Below are positions 25,332 through 40,467 of a DNA stretch of 64,000 nucleotides, piece after piece; positions within the stretch are counted from its first letter, which is position 1, and every line of letters starts with the position of its first letter. Location of the stretch: positions 1,240,001 to 1,304,000 of the forward strand of contig CAXKVF010000073.1 of assembly GCA_964057225.1 (NCBI GenBank). The letters are read 5' to 3'. The position numbers were made by a program, and so were the translations under genes. This DNA comes from Auanema rhodensis (lineage: Eukaryota > Animalia > Nematoda). The notes under the pieces are model-generated. The model was given only the letters and a program-made list of their open reading frames with translations. It was not told where the DNA came from and searched no databases.

Positions 25332-28300
25332 TACCAAGTGCACATCACGTGTACATTTAATTAGCATAAATTAAAGTTCACGTAAATTTCAAAGTCATGG
25401 TTACCATGCACCAATATCAATAAAAATTTGTTTTTAGACTAATATGGACATGGGGAATCTAATTTTGAAAACCGCATCTCTTTATCTTTCACGTGAAGCG
25501 AGTTACATACCAAGTGCACATCACGTGTACATTTAATTAGCATAAATTAAAGTTCACGTAAAATTCAAAGTCATGGTTACCATGAACCAATATCAATAAA
25601 AATTTGTTTTTAGACTAATATGGACATGGGGAATCTAATTTTGAAAACCGCATCTCTTTATCTTTCACGTGAAGCGAGTTACATACCAAGTGCACATCAC
25701 GTGTACATTTAATTAGCATAAATTAAAGTTCACGTAAATTTCAAAGTCATGGTTACCATGAAGCAATATCAATAAAAATTTGTTTTTAGACTAATATGGA
25801 CATGGGGAATCTAATTTTGAAAACCGCATCTCTTTATCTTTCACGTGAAGCGAGTTACATACCAAGTGCACATCACGTGTACATTTAATTAGCATAAATT
25901 AAAGTTCACGTAAATTTCAAAGTCATGGTTACCATGCACCAATATCAATAAAAATTTGTTTTTAGACTAATATGGACATGGGGAATCTAATTTTGAAAAC
26001 CGCATCTCTTTATCTTTCACGTGAAGCGAGTTACATACCAAGTGCACATCACGTGTACATTTAATTAGCATAAATTAAAGTTCACGTAAAATTCAAAGTC
26101 ATGGTTACCATGAACCAATATCAATAAAAATTTGTTTTTAGACTAATATGGACATGGGGAATCTAATTTTGAAAACCGCATCTCTTTATCTTTCACGTGA
26201 AGCGAGTTACATACCAAGTGCACATCACGTGTACATTTAATTAGCATAAATTAAAGTTCACGTAAATTTCAAAGTCATGGTTACCATGAAGCAATATCAA
26301 TAAAAATTTGTTTTTAGACTAATATGGACATGGGGAATCTAATTTTGAAAACGGCATCTCTTTATCTTTCACGTGAAGCGAGTTACATACCAAGTGCACA
26401 TCACGTGTACATTTAATTAGCATTAATTAAAGTTCACGTAAATTTCAAAGTCATGGTTACCATGAACCAATATCAATAAAAATTTGTTTTTAGACTAATA
26501 TGGACATGGGGAATCTAATTTTGAAAACCGCATCTCTTTATCTTTCACGTGAAGCGAGTTACATACCAAGTGCACATCACGTGTACATTTAATTAGCATA
26601 AATTAAAGTTCACGTAAATTTCAAAGTCATGGTTACCATGAAGCAATATCAATAAAAATTTGTTTTTAGACTAATATGGACATGGGGAATCTAATTTTGA
26701 AAACCGCATCTCTTTATCTTTCACGTGAAGCGAGTTACATACCAAGTGCACATCACGTGTACATTTAATTAGCATAAATTAAAGTTCACGTAAATTTCAA
26801 AGTCATGGTTACCATGCACCAATATCAATGAAAATTTGTTTTTAGACTAATATGGACATGGGGAATCTAATTTTGAAAACCGCATCTCTTTATCTTTCAC
26901 GTGAAGCGAGTTACATACCAAGTGCACATCACGTGTACATTTAATTAGCATAAATTAAAGTTCACGTAAATTTCAAAGTCATGGTTACCATGCACCAATA
27001 TCAATAAAAATTTGTTTTTAGACTAATATGGACATGGGGAATCTAATTTTGAAAACCGCATCTCTTTATCTTTCACGTGAAGCGAGTTACATACCAAGTG
27101 CACATCACGTGTACATTTAATTAGCATAAATTAAAGTTCACCTAAATTTCAAAGTCATGGTTACCATGCACCAATATCAATAAAAATTTGTTTTTAGACT
27201 AATATGGACATGGGGAATCTAATTTTGAAAACCGCATCTCTTTATCTTTCACGTGAAGCGAGTTACATACCAAGTGCACATCACGTGTACATTTAATTAG
27301 CATAAATTAAAGTTCACGTAAATTTCAAAGTCATGGTTACCATGAAGCAATATCAATAAAAATTTGTTTTTAGACTAATATGGACATGGGGAATCTAATT
27401 TTGAAAACCGCATCTCTTTATCTTTCACGTGAAGCGAGTTACATACAAAGTGCACATCACGTGTACATTTAATTAGCATAAATTAAAGTTCACGTAAATT
27501 TCAAAGTCATGGTTACCATTAACCAATATTAATGAAAATTTGTTTTTAGACTAATATGGACATGGGGAATCTAATTTTGAAAACCGCATTTCTTTATCTT
27601 TCACGTGAAGCGAGTTACATACCAAGTGCACATCACGTGTACATTTAATTAGCATAAATTAAAGTTCACGTAAATTTCAAAGTCATGGTTACCATGAAGC
27701 AATATCAATAAAAATTTGTTTTTAGACTAATATGGACATGGGGAATCTAATTTTGAAAACCGCATCTCTTTATCTTTCACGTGAAGCGAGTTACATACCA
27801 AGTGCACATCACGTGTACATTTAATTAGCATAAATTAAAGTTCACGTAAATTTCAAAGTCATGGTTACCATGAACCAATATCAATAAAAATTTGTTTTTA
27901 GACTAATATGGACATGGGGAATCTAATTTTGAAAACCGCATCTCTTCATCTTTCACGTGAAGCGAGTTACATACCAAGTGCACATCACGTGTACATTTAA
28001 TTAGCATAAATTAAAGTTCACGTAAATTTCAAAGTCATGGTTACCATGCACCAATATCAATAAAAATTTGTTTTTAGACTAATATGGACATGGGGAATCT
28101 AATTTTGAAAACCGCATCTCTTCATCTTTCACGTGAAGCGAGTTACATACCAAGTGCACATCACGTGTACATTTAATTAGCATAAATTAAAGTTCACGTA
28201 AATTTCAAAGTCATGGTTACCATGCACCAATATCAATGAAAATTTGTTTTTAGACTAATATGGACATGGGGAATCTAATTTTGAAAACCGCATCTCTTTA

Positions 28301-31139
28301 TCTTTCACGTGAAGCGAGTTACATACCAAGTGCACATCACGTGTACATTTAATTAGCATAAATTAAAGTTCACGTAAATTTCAAAGTCATGGTTACCATG
28401 CACCAATATCAATAAAAATTTGTTTTTAGACTAATATGGACATGGGGAATCTAATTTTGAAAACCGCATCTCTTTATCTTTCACGTGAAGCGAGTTACAT
28501 ACCAAGTGCACATCACGTGTACATTTAATTAGCATAAATTAAAGTTCACGTAAATTTCAAAGTCATGGTTACCATGCACCAATATCAATAAAAATTTGTT
28601 TTTAGACTAATATGGACATGGGGAATCTAATTTTGAAAACCGCATCTCTTTATCTTTCACGTGAAGCGAGTTACATACCAAGTGCACATCACGTGTACAT
28701 TTAATTAGCATAAATTAAAGTTCACGTAAAATTCAAAGTCATGGTTACCATGAAGCAATATCAATAAAAATTTGTTTTTAGACTAATATGGACATGGGGA
28801 ATCTAATTTTGAAAACCGCATCTCTTTATCTTTCACGTGAAGCGAGTTACATACCAAGTGCACATCACGTGTACATTTAATTAGCATAAATTAAAGTTCA
28901 CGTAAATTTCAAAGTCATGGTTACCATGAAGCAATATCAATAAAAATTTGTTTTTAGACTAATATGGACATGGGGAATCTAATTTTGATAACCGCATCTC
29001 TTTATCTTTCACGTGAAGCGAGTTACATACCAAGTGCACATCACGTGTACATTTAATTAGCATAAATTAAAGTTCACGTAAATTTCAAAGTCATGGTTAC
29101 CATGCACCAATATCAATAAAAATTTGTTTTTAGACTAATATGGACATGGGGAATCTAATTTTGGAAACCGCATCTCTTTATCTTTCACGTGAAGCGAGTT
29201 ACATACCAAGTGCACATCACGTGTACATTTAATTAGCATAAATTAAAGTTCACGTAAAATTCAAAGTCATGGTTACCATGAACCAATATCAATAAAAATT
29301 TGTTTTTAGACTAATATGGACATGGGGAATCTAATTTTGAAAACCGCATCTCTTTATCTTTCACGTGAAGCGAGTTACATACCAAGTGCACATCACGTGT
29401 ACATTTAATTAGCATAAATTAAAGTTCACGTAAATTTCAAAGTCATGGTTACCATGAAGCAATATCAATAAAAATTTGTTTTTAGACTAATATGGACATG
29501 GGGAATCTAATTTTGAAAACCGCATCTCTTTATCTTTCACGTGAAGCGAGTTACATACCAAGTGCACATCACGTGTACATTTAATTAGCATTAATTAAAG
29601 TTCACGTAAATTTCAAAGTCATGGTTACCATGAACCAATATCAATAAAAATTTGTTTTTAGACTAATATGGACATGGGGAATCTAATTTTGAAAACCGCA
29701 TCTCTTTATCTTTCACGTGAAGCGAGTTACATACCAAGTGCACATCACGTGTACATTTAATTAGCATAAATTAAAGTTCACGTAAATTTCAAAGTCATGG
29801 TTACCATGAAGCAATATCAATAAAAATTTGTTTTTAGACTAATATGGACATGGGGAATCTAATTTTGAAAACCGCATCTCTTTATCTTTCACGTGAAGCG
29901 AGTTACATACCAAGTGCACATCACGTGTACATTTAATTAGCATAAATTAAAGTTCACGTAAATTTCAAAGTCATGGTTACCATGCACCAATATCAATGAA
30001 AATTTGTTTTTAGACTAATATGGACATGGGGAATCTAATTTTGAAAACCGCATCTCTTTATCTTTCACGTGAAGCGAGTTACATACCAAGTGCACATCAC
30101 GTGTACATTTAATTAGCATAAATTAAAGTTCACGTAAATTTCAAAGTCATGGTTACCATGCACCAATATCAATAAAAATTTGTTTTTAGACTAATATGGA
30201 CATGGGGAATCTAATTTTGAAAACCGCATCTCTTTATCTTTCACGTGAAGCGAGTTACATACCAAGTGCACATCACGTGTACATTTAATTAGCATAAATT
30301 AAAGTTCACGTAAATTTCAAAGTCATGGTTACCATGCACCAATATCAATAAAAATTTGTTTTTAGACTAATATGGACATGGGGAATCTAATTTTGAAAAC
30401 CGCATCTCTTTATCTTTCACGTGAAGCGAGTTACATACCAAGTGCACATCACGTGTACATTTAATTAGCATAAATTAAAGTTCACGTAAATTTCAAAGTC
30501 ATGGTTACCATGAAGCAATATCAATAAAAATTTGTTTTTAGACTAATATGGACATGGGGAATCTAATTTTGAAAACCGCATCTCTTTATCTTTCACGTGA
30601 AGCGAGTTACATACAAAGTGCACATCACGTGTACATTTAATTAGCATAAATTAAAGTTCACGTAAATTTCAAAGTCATGGTTACCATGAACCAATATTAA
30701 TGAAAATTTGTTTTTAGACTAATATGGACATGGGGAATCTAATTTTGAAAACCGCATTTCTTTATCTTTCACGTGAAGCGAGTTACATACCAAGTGCACA
30801 TCACGTGTACATTTAATTAGCATAAATTAAAGTTCACGTAAATTTCAAAGTCATGGTTACCATGAAGCAATATCAATAAAAATTTGTTTTTAGACTAATA
30901 TGGACATGGGGAATCTAATTTTGAAAACCGCATCTCTTTATCTTTCACGTGAAGCGAGTTACATACCAAGTGCACATCACGTGTACATTTAATTAGCATA
31001 AATTAAAGTTCACGTAAATTTCAAAGTCATGGTTACCATGAACCAATATCAATAAAAATTTGTTTTTAGACTAATATGGACATGGGGAATCTAATTTTGA
31101 AAACCGCATCTCTTTATCTTTCACGTGAAGCGAGTTACA
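25332..31139. repeat. Block duplication, ~15 monomers at 18-monomer (3168 bp) offset: 25332-27971 vs 28500-31139
   Basis: The C4A+C87T+A91G+C147T monomer occurs at 27444 and 30612. The order T56A, C80G, A37T, C80G, A91G is the same in both copies. Confidence 0.85.
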
Positions 31140-32371
31140 TACCAAGTGCACATCACGTGTACATTTAATTAGCATAAATTAAAGTTCACGTAAATTTCAA
31201 AGTCATGGTTACCATGAACCAATATCAATAAAAATTTGTTTTTAGACTAATATGGACATGGGGAATCTAATTTTGAAAACCGCATCTCTTTATCTTTCAC
31301 GTGAAGCGAGTTACATACAAAGTGCACATCACGTGTACATTTAATTAGCATAAATTAAAGTTCACGTAAATTTCAAAGTCATGGTTACCATGAACCAATA
31401 TCAATAAAAATTTGTTTTTAGACTAATATGGACATGGGGAATCTAATTTTGAAAACCGCATCTCTTTATCTTTCACGTGAAGCGAGTTACATACCAAGTG
31501 CACATCACGTGTACATTTAATTAGCATAAATTAAAGTTCACGTAAATTTCAAAGTCATGGTTACCATGAACCAATATCAATAAAAATTTGTTTTTAGACT
31601 AATATGGACATGAGGAATCTAATCTTGAAAACCGCATCTCTTTATCTTTCACGTGAAGCGAGTTACATACCAAGTGCACATCACGTGTACATTTAATTAG
31701 CATAAATTAAAGTTCACGTAAATTTCAAAGTCATGGTTACCATGAACCAATATCAATAAAAATTTGTTTTTAGACTAATATGGACATGGGGAATCTAATT
31801 TTGAAAACCGCATTTCTTTATCTTTCACGTGAAGCGAGTTACATACCAAGTGCACATCACGTGTACATTTAATTAGCATAAATTAGAGTTCACGTAAATT
31901 TCAAAGTCATGGTTACCATGCACCAATATCAATAAAAATTTGTTTTTAGACTAATATGGACATGGGGAATCTATATTTGGAAACCGCATTTCTTTATCTT
32001 TCACGTGAAGCGAGTTACATACCAAGTGCACATCACGTGTACATTTAATTAGCATAAATTAAAGTTCACGTAAATTTCAAAGTCATGGTTACCATGAACC
32101 AATATCAATAAAAATTTGTTTTTAGACTAATATGGACATGGGGAATCTAATTTTGAAAACCGCATCTCTTTATCTTTCACGTGAAGCGAGTTACATACCA
32201 AGTGCACATCACGTGTACATTTAATTAGCATAAATTAAAGTTCACGTAAATTTCAAAGTCATGGTTACCATGCACCAATATCAATAAAAATTTGTTTTTA
32301 GACTAATATGGACATGGGGAATCTAATTTTGAAAACCGCATCTCTTTATCTTTCACGTGAAGCGAGTTACA

Positions 32372-34659
32372 TACCAAGTGCACATCACGTGTACATTTAA
32401 TTAGCATAAATTAAAGTTCACGTAAATTTCAAAGTCATGGTTACCATGCACCAATATCAATAAAAATTCGTTTTTAGACTAATATGGACATGGGGAATCT
32501 AATTTTGAAAACCGCATCTCTTCATCTTTCACGTGAAGCGAGTTACATACCAAGTGCACATCACGTGTACATTTAATTAGCATAAATTAAAGTTCACGTA
32601 AATTTCAAAGTCATGGTTACCATGCACCAATATCAATAAAAATTTGTTTTTAGACTAATATGGACATGGGGAATCTAATTTTGAAAACCGCATCTCTTCA
32701 TCTTTCACGTGAAGCGAGTTACATACCAAGTGCACATCACGTGTACAATTAATTAGCATAAATTAAAGTTCACGTAAATTTCAAAGTCATGGTTACCATG
32801 CACCAATATCAATAAAAATTTGTTTTTAGACTAATATGGACATGGGGAATCTAATTTTGAAAACCGCATCTCTTTATCTTTCACGTGAAGCAAGTTACAT
32901 ACCAAGTGCACATCACGTGTACATTTAATTAGCATAAATTAAAGTTCACGTAAATTTCAAAGTCATGGTTACCATGAACCAATATCAATAAAAATTTGTT
33001 TTTAGACTAATATGGACATGGGGAATCTAATTTTGAAAACCGCATCTCTTTATCTTTCACGTGAAGCGAATTACATACCAAGTGCACATCACGTGTACAT
33101 TTAATTAGCATAAATTAAAGTTCACATAAATTTCAAAGTCATGGTTACCATGAACCAATATCAATAAAAATTTGTTTTTAGACTAATATGGACATGGGGA
33201 ATCTAATTTTGAAAACCGCATCTCTTCATCTTTCACGTGAAGCGAGTTACATACCAAGTGCACATCACGTGTACATTTAATTAGCATAAATTAAAGTTCA
33301 CGTAAATTTCAAAGTCATGGTTACCATGCACCAATATCAATAAAAATTTGTTTTTAGACTAATATGGACATGGGGAATCTAATTTTGAAAACCGCATCTC
33401 TTTATCTTTCACGTGAAGCGAGTTACATACCAAGTGCACATCACGTGTACATTTAATTAGCATAAATTAAAGTTCACGTAAATTTCAAAGTCATGGTTAC
33501 CATGCACCAATATCAATAAAAATTCGTTTTTAGACTAATATGGACATGGGGAATCTAATTTTGAAAACCGCATCTCTTCATCTTTTACGTGAAGCGAGTT
33601 ACATACCAAGTGCACATCACGTGTACATTTAATTAGCATAAATTAAAGTTCACGTAAATTTCAAAGTCATGGTTACCATGCACCAATATCAATAAAAATT
33701 TGTTTTTAGACTAATATGGACATGGGGAATCTAATTTTGAAAACCGCATCTCTTTATCTTTCACGTGAAGCGAGTTACATACCAAGTGCACATCACGTGT
33801 ACATTTAATTAGCATAAATTAAAGTTCACGTAAATTTCAAAGTCATGGTTACCATGAACCAATATCAATAAAAATTTGTTTTTAGACTAATATGGACATG
33901 GGGAATCTAATTTTGAAAACCGCATCTCTTTATCTTTCACGTGAAGCGAGTTACATACCAAGTGCACATCACGTGTACATTTAATTAGCATAAATTAAAG
34001 TTCACGTAAATTTCAAAGTCATGGTTACCATGAACCAATATCAATAAAAATTTGTTTTTAGACTAATATGGACATGGGGAATCTAATTTTGAAAACCGCA
34101 TCTCTTCATCTTTCACGTGAAGCGAGTTACATACCAAGTGCACATCACGTGTACATTTAATTAGCATAAATTAAAGTTCACGTAAATTTCAAAGTCATGG
34201 TTACCATGCACCAATATCAATAAAAATTTGTTTTTAGACTAATATGGACATGGGGAATCTAATTTTGAAAACCGCATCTCTTTATCTTTCACGTGAAGCG
34301 AGTTACATACCAAGTGCACATCACGTGTACATTTAATTAGCATAAATTAAAGTTCACGTAAATTTCAAAGTCATGGTTACCATGAAGCAATATCAATAAA
34401 AATTTGTTTTTAGACTAATATGGAAATGAGGAATCTAATTTTGAAAACCGCATCTCTTTATCTTTCACGTGAAGCGAGTTACATACCAAGTGCACATCAC
34501 GTGTACATTTAATTAGCATAAATTAAAGTTCACGTAAATTTCAAAGTCATGGTTACCATGAACCAATATCAATAAAAATTTGTTTTTAGACTAATATGGA
34601 CATGGGGAATCTAATTTTGAAAACCGCATCTCTTTATCTTTCACGTGAAGCGAGTTACA
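32372..34659. repeat. 13-monomer block whose near-identical copy lies at 61767-64000
   Basis: Same ordered markers in both: T98C+T152C; T152C; T25A; A78; G51A+T152C; C78; T98C+T152C; C78; A78; A78+T152C; C78; C80G+C118A+G122A; A78. Confidence 0.92.
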
Positions 34660-35363
34660 TACCAAGTGCACATCACATGTACATTTAATTAGCATAAATT
34701 AAAGTTCACGTAAATTTCAAAGTCATGGTTACCATGAAGCAATATCAATAAAAATTTGTTTTTAGACTAATATGGACATGGGGAATCTAATTTTGAAAAC
34801 GGCATCTCTTTATCTTTCACGTGAAGCGAGTTACATACCAAGTGCACATCACGTGTACATTTAATTAGCATTAATTAAAGTTCACGTAAATTTCAAAGTC
34901 ATGGTTACCATGAACCAATATCAATAAAAATTTGTTTTTAGACTAATATGGACATGGGGAATCTAATTTTGAAAACCGCATCTCTTTATCTTTCACGTGA
35001 AGCGAGTTACATACCAAGTGCACATCACGTGTACATTTAATTAGCATAAATTAAAGTTCACGTAAATTTCAAAGTCATGGTTACCATGAAGCAATATCAA
35101 TAAAAATTTGTTTTTAGACTAATATGGACATGGGGAATCTAATTTTGAAAACCGCATCTCTTTATCTTTCACGTGAAGCGAGTTACATACCAAGTGCACA
35201 TCACGTGTACATTTAATTAGCATTAATTAAAGTTCACGTAAATTTCAAAGTCATGGTTACGATGAACCAATATCAATAAAAATTTGTTTTTAGACTAATA
35301 TGGACATGGGGAATCTAATTTTGAAAACCGCATCTCTTTATCTTTCACGTGAAGCGAGTTACA

Positions 35364-38300
35364 TACCAAGTGCACATCACGTGTACATTTAATTAGCATA
35401 AATTAAAGTTCACGTAAATTTCAAAGTCATGGTTACCATGAACTAATATCAATAAAAATTTGTTTTTAGACTAATATGGACATGGGGAATCTAATTTTGA
35501 AAACCGCATCTCTTTATCTTTCACGTGAAGCGAGTTACATACCAAGTGCACATCACGTGTACATTTAATTAGCATAAATTAAAGTTCACGTAAATTTCAA
35601 AGTCATGGTTACCATGAACCAATATCAATAAAAATTTGTTTTTAGACTAATATGGACATGGGGAATCTAATTTTGAAAACCGCATCTCTTTATCTTTCAC
35701 GTGAAGCGAGTTACATACCAAGTGCACATCACGTGTACATTTAATTAGCATAAATTAAAGTTCACGGAAATTTCAAAGTCATGGTTACCATGAAGCAATA
35801 TCAATAAAAATTTGTTTTTAGACTAATATGGACATGGGGAATCTAATTTTGAAAACCGCATCTCTTTATCTTTCACGTGAAGCGAGTTACATACCAAGTG
35901 CACATCACGTGTACATTTAATTAGCATAAATTAAAGTTCACGTAAATTTCAAAGTCATGGTTACCATGAACCAATATCAATAAAAATTTGTTTTTAGACT
36001 AATATGGACATGGGGAATCTAATTTTGAAAACCGCATCTCTTTATCTTTCACGTGAAGCGAGTTACATACCAAGTGCACATCACGTGTACATTTAATTAG
36101 CATAAATTAAAGTTCACGTAAATTTCAAAGTCATGGTTACCATGAACCAATATCAATAAAAATTTGTTTTTAGACTAATATGGACATGGGGAATCCAATT
36201 TTGAAAACCGCATTTCTTTATCTTTCACGTGAAGCGAGTTACATACCAAGTGCACATCACGTGTACATTTAATTAGCATAAATTAAAGTTCACGTAAATT
36301 TCAAAGTCATGGTTACCATGAAGCAATATCAATAAAAATTTGTTTTTAGACTAATATGGACATGGGGAATCTAATTTTGAAAACCGCATCTCTTTATCTT
36401 TCACGTGAAGCGAGTTACATACCAAGTGCACATCACGTGTACATTTAATTAGCATTAATTAAAGTTCACGTAAATTTCAAAGTCATGGTTACCATGAACC
36501 AATATCAATAAAAATTTGTTTTTAGACTAATATGGACATGGGGAATCTAATTTTGAAAACCGCATCTCTTTATCTTTCACGTGAAGCGAGTTACATACCA
36601 AGTGCACATCACGTGTACATTTAATTAGCATAAATTAAAGTTCACGTAAATTTCAAAGTCATGGTTACCATGAAGCAATATCAATAAAAATTTGTTTTTA
36701 GACTAATATGGACATGGGGAATCTAATTTTGAAAACCGCATCTCTTTATCTTTCACGTGAAGCGAGTTACATACCAAGTGCACATCACGTGTACATTTAA
36801 TTAGCATTAATTAAAGTTCACGTAAATTTCAAAGTCATGGTTACCATGAACCAATATCAATAAAAATTTGTTTTTAGACTAATATGGACATGGGGAATCT
36901 AATTTTGAAAACCGCATCTCTTTATCTTTCACGTGAAGCGAGTTACATACCAAGTGCACATCACGTGTACATTTAATTAGCATAAATTAAAGTTCACGTA
37001 AATTTCAAAGTCATGGTTACTATGAACTAATATCAATAAAAATTTGTTTTTAGACTAATATGGACATGGGGAATCTAATTTTGAAAACCGCATCTCTTTA
37101 TCTTTCACGTGAAGCGAGTTACATACCAAGTGCACATCACGTGTACATTTAATTAGCATAAATTAAAGTTCACGTAAATTTCAAAGTCATGGTTACCATG
37201 AACTAATATCAATAAAAATTTGTTTTTAGACTAATATGGACATGGGGAATCTAATTTTGAAAACCGCATCTCTTTATCTTTCACGTGAAGCGAGTTACAT
37301 ACCAAGTGCACATCACGTGTACATTTAATTAGCATAAATTAAAGTTCACGTAAATTTCAAAGTCATGGTTACCATGAACCAATATCAATAAAAATTTGTT
37401 TTTAGACTAATATGGACATGGGGAATCCAATTTTGAAAACCGCATCTCTTTATCTTTCACGTGAAGCGAGTTACATACCAAGTGCACATCACGTGTACAT
37501 TTAATTAGCATAAATTAAAGTTCACGTAAATTTCAAAGTCATGGTTACCATGAACCAATGTCAATAAAAATTTGTTTTTAGACTAATATGGACATGGGGA
37601 ATCTAATTTTGAAAACCGCATCTCTTTATCTTTCACGTGAAGCGAGTTACATACCAAGTGCACATCACGTGTACATTTAATTAGCATAAATTAAAGTTCA
37701 CGTAAATTTCAAAGTCATGGTTACCATGAACCAATATCAATAAAAATTTGTTTTTAGACTAATATGGACATGGGGAATCCAATTTTGAAAACCGCATTTC
37801 TTTATCTTTCACGTGAAGCGAGTTACATACCAAGTGCACATCACGTGTACATTTAATTAGCATAAATTAAAGTTCACGTAAATTTCAAAGTCATGGTTAC
37901 CATGAAGCAATATCAATAAAAATTTGTTTTTAGACTAATATGGACATGGGGAATCTAATTTTGAAAACCGCATCTCTTTATCTTTCACGTGAAGCGAGTT
38001 ACATACCAAGTGCACATCACGTGTACATTTAATTAGCATTAATTAAAGTTCACGTAAATTTCAAAGTCATGGTTACCATGAACCAATATCAATAAAAATT
38101 TGTTTTTAGACTAATATGGACATGGGGAATCTAATTTTGAAAACCGCATCTCTTTATCTTTCACGTGAAGCGAGTTACATACCAAGTGCACATCACGTGT
38201 ACATTTAATTAGCATAAATTAAAGTTCACGTAAATTTCAAAGTCATGGTTACCATGAAGCAATATCAATAAAAATTTGTTTTTAGACTAATATGGACATG

Positions 38301-40291
38301 GGGAATCTAATTTTGAAAACCGCATCTCTTTATCTTTCACGTGAAGCGAGTTACATACCAAGTGCACATCACGTGTACATTTAATTAGCATAAATTAAAG
38401 TTCACGTAAATTTCAAAGTCATGGTTACCATGAACTAATATCAATAAAAATTTGTTTTTAGACTAATATGGACATGGGGAATCTAATTTTGAAAACCGCA
38501 TCTCTTTATCTTTCACGTGAAGCGAGTTACATACCAAGTGCACATCACGTGTACATTTAATTAGCATAAATTAAAGTTCACGTAAATTTCAAAGTCATGG
38601 TTACCATGAACCAATATCAATAAAAATTTGTTTTTAGACTAATATGGACATGGGGAATCTAATTTTGAAAACCGCATCTCTTTATCTTTCACGTGAAGCG
38701 AGTTACATACCAAGTGCACATCACGTGTACATTTAATTAGCATAAATTAAAGTTCACGGAAATTTCAAAGTCATGGTTACCATGAAGCAATATCAATAAA
38801 AATTTGTTTTTAGACTAATATGGACATGGGGAATCTAATTTTGAAAACCGCATCTCTTTATCTTTCACGTGAAGCGAGTTACATACCAAGTGCACATCAC
38901 GTGTACATTTAATTAGCATAAATTAAAGTTCACGTAAATTTCAAAGTCATGGTTACCATGAACCAATATCAATAAAAATTTGTTTTTAGACTAATATGGA
39001 CATGGGGAATCTAATTTTGAAAACCGCATCTCTTTATCTTTCACGTGAAGCGAGTTACATACCAAGTGCACATCACGTGTACATTTAATTAGCATAAATT
39101 AAAGTTCACGTAAATTTCAAAGTCATGGTTACCATGAACCAATATCAATAAAAATTTGTTTTTAGACTAATATGGACATGGGGAATCCAATTTTGAAAAC
39201 CGCATTTCTTTATCTTTCACGTGAAGCGAGTTACATACCAAGTGCACATCACGTGTACATTTAATTAGCATAAATTAAAGTTCACGTAAATTTCAAAGTC
39301 ATGGTTACCATGAAGCAATATCAATAAAAATTTGTTTTTAGACTAATATGGACATGGGGAATCTAATTTTGAAAACCGCATCTCTTTATCTTTCACGTGA
39401 AGCGAGTTACATACCAAGTGCACATCACGTGTACATTTAATTAGCATTAATTAAAGTTCACGTAAATTTCAAAGTCATGGTTACCATGAACCAATATCAA
39501 TAAAAATTTGTTTTTAGACTAATATGGACATGGGGAATCTAATTTTGAAAACCGCATCTCTTTATCTTTCACGTGAAGCGAGTTACATACCAAGTGCACA
39601 TCACGTGTACATTTAATTAGCATAAATTAAAGTTCACGTAAATTTCAAAGTCATGGTTACCATGAAGCAATATCAATAAAAATTTGTTTTTAGACTAATA
39701 TGGACATGGGGAATCTAATTTTGAAAACCGCATCTCTTTATCTTTCACGTGAAGCGAGTTACATACCAAGTGCACATCACGTGTACATTTAATTAGCATT
39801 AATTAAAGTTCACGTAAATTTCAAAGTCATGGTTACCATGAACCAATATCAATAAAAATTTGTTTTTAGACTAATATGGACATGGGGAATCTAATTTTGA
39901 AAACCGCATCTCTTTATCTTTCACGTGAAGCGAGTTACATACCAAGTGCACATCACGTGTACATTTAATTAGCATAAATTAAAGTTCACGTAAATTTCAA
40001 AGTCATGGTTACCATGAACTAATATCAATAAAAATTTGTTTTTAGACTAATATGGACATGGGGAATCTAATTTTGAAAACCGCATCTCTTTATCTTTCAC
40101 GTGAAGCGAGTTACATACCAAGTGCACATCACGTGTACATTTAATTAGCATAAATTAAAGTTCACGTAAATTTCAAAGTCATGGTTACCATGAACTAATA
40201 TCAATAAAAATTTGTTTTTAGACTAATATGGACATGGGGAATCTAATTTTGAAAACCGCATCTCTTTATCTTTCACGTGAAGCGAGTTACA
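35364..40291. repeat. Block duplication, 11 monomers at 17-monomer (2992 bp) offset: 35364-37299 vs 38356-40291
   Basis: T52G+C80G monomers at 35716 and 38708. T129C+C147T at 36068 and 39060. Each is followed by C80G, A37T, C80G, A37T, C81T, C81T. Confidence 0.88.
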
Positions 40292-40467
40292 TACCAAGTG
40301 CACATCACGTGTACATTTAATTAGCATAAATTAAAGTTCACGTAAATTTCAAAGTCATGGTTACCATGAACTAATATCAATAAAAATTTGTTTTTAGACT
40401 AATATGGACATGGGGAATCTAATTTTGAAAACCGCATCTCTTTATCTTTCATGTGAAGCGAGTTACA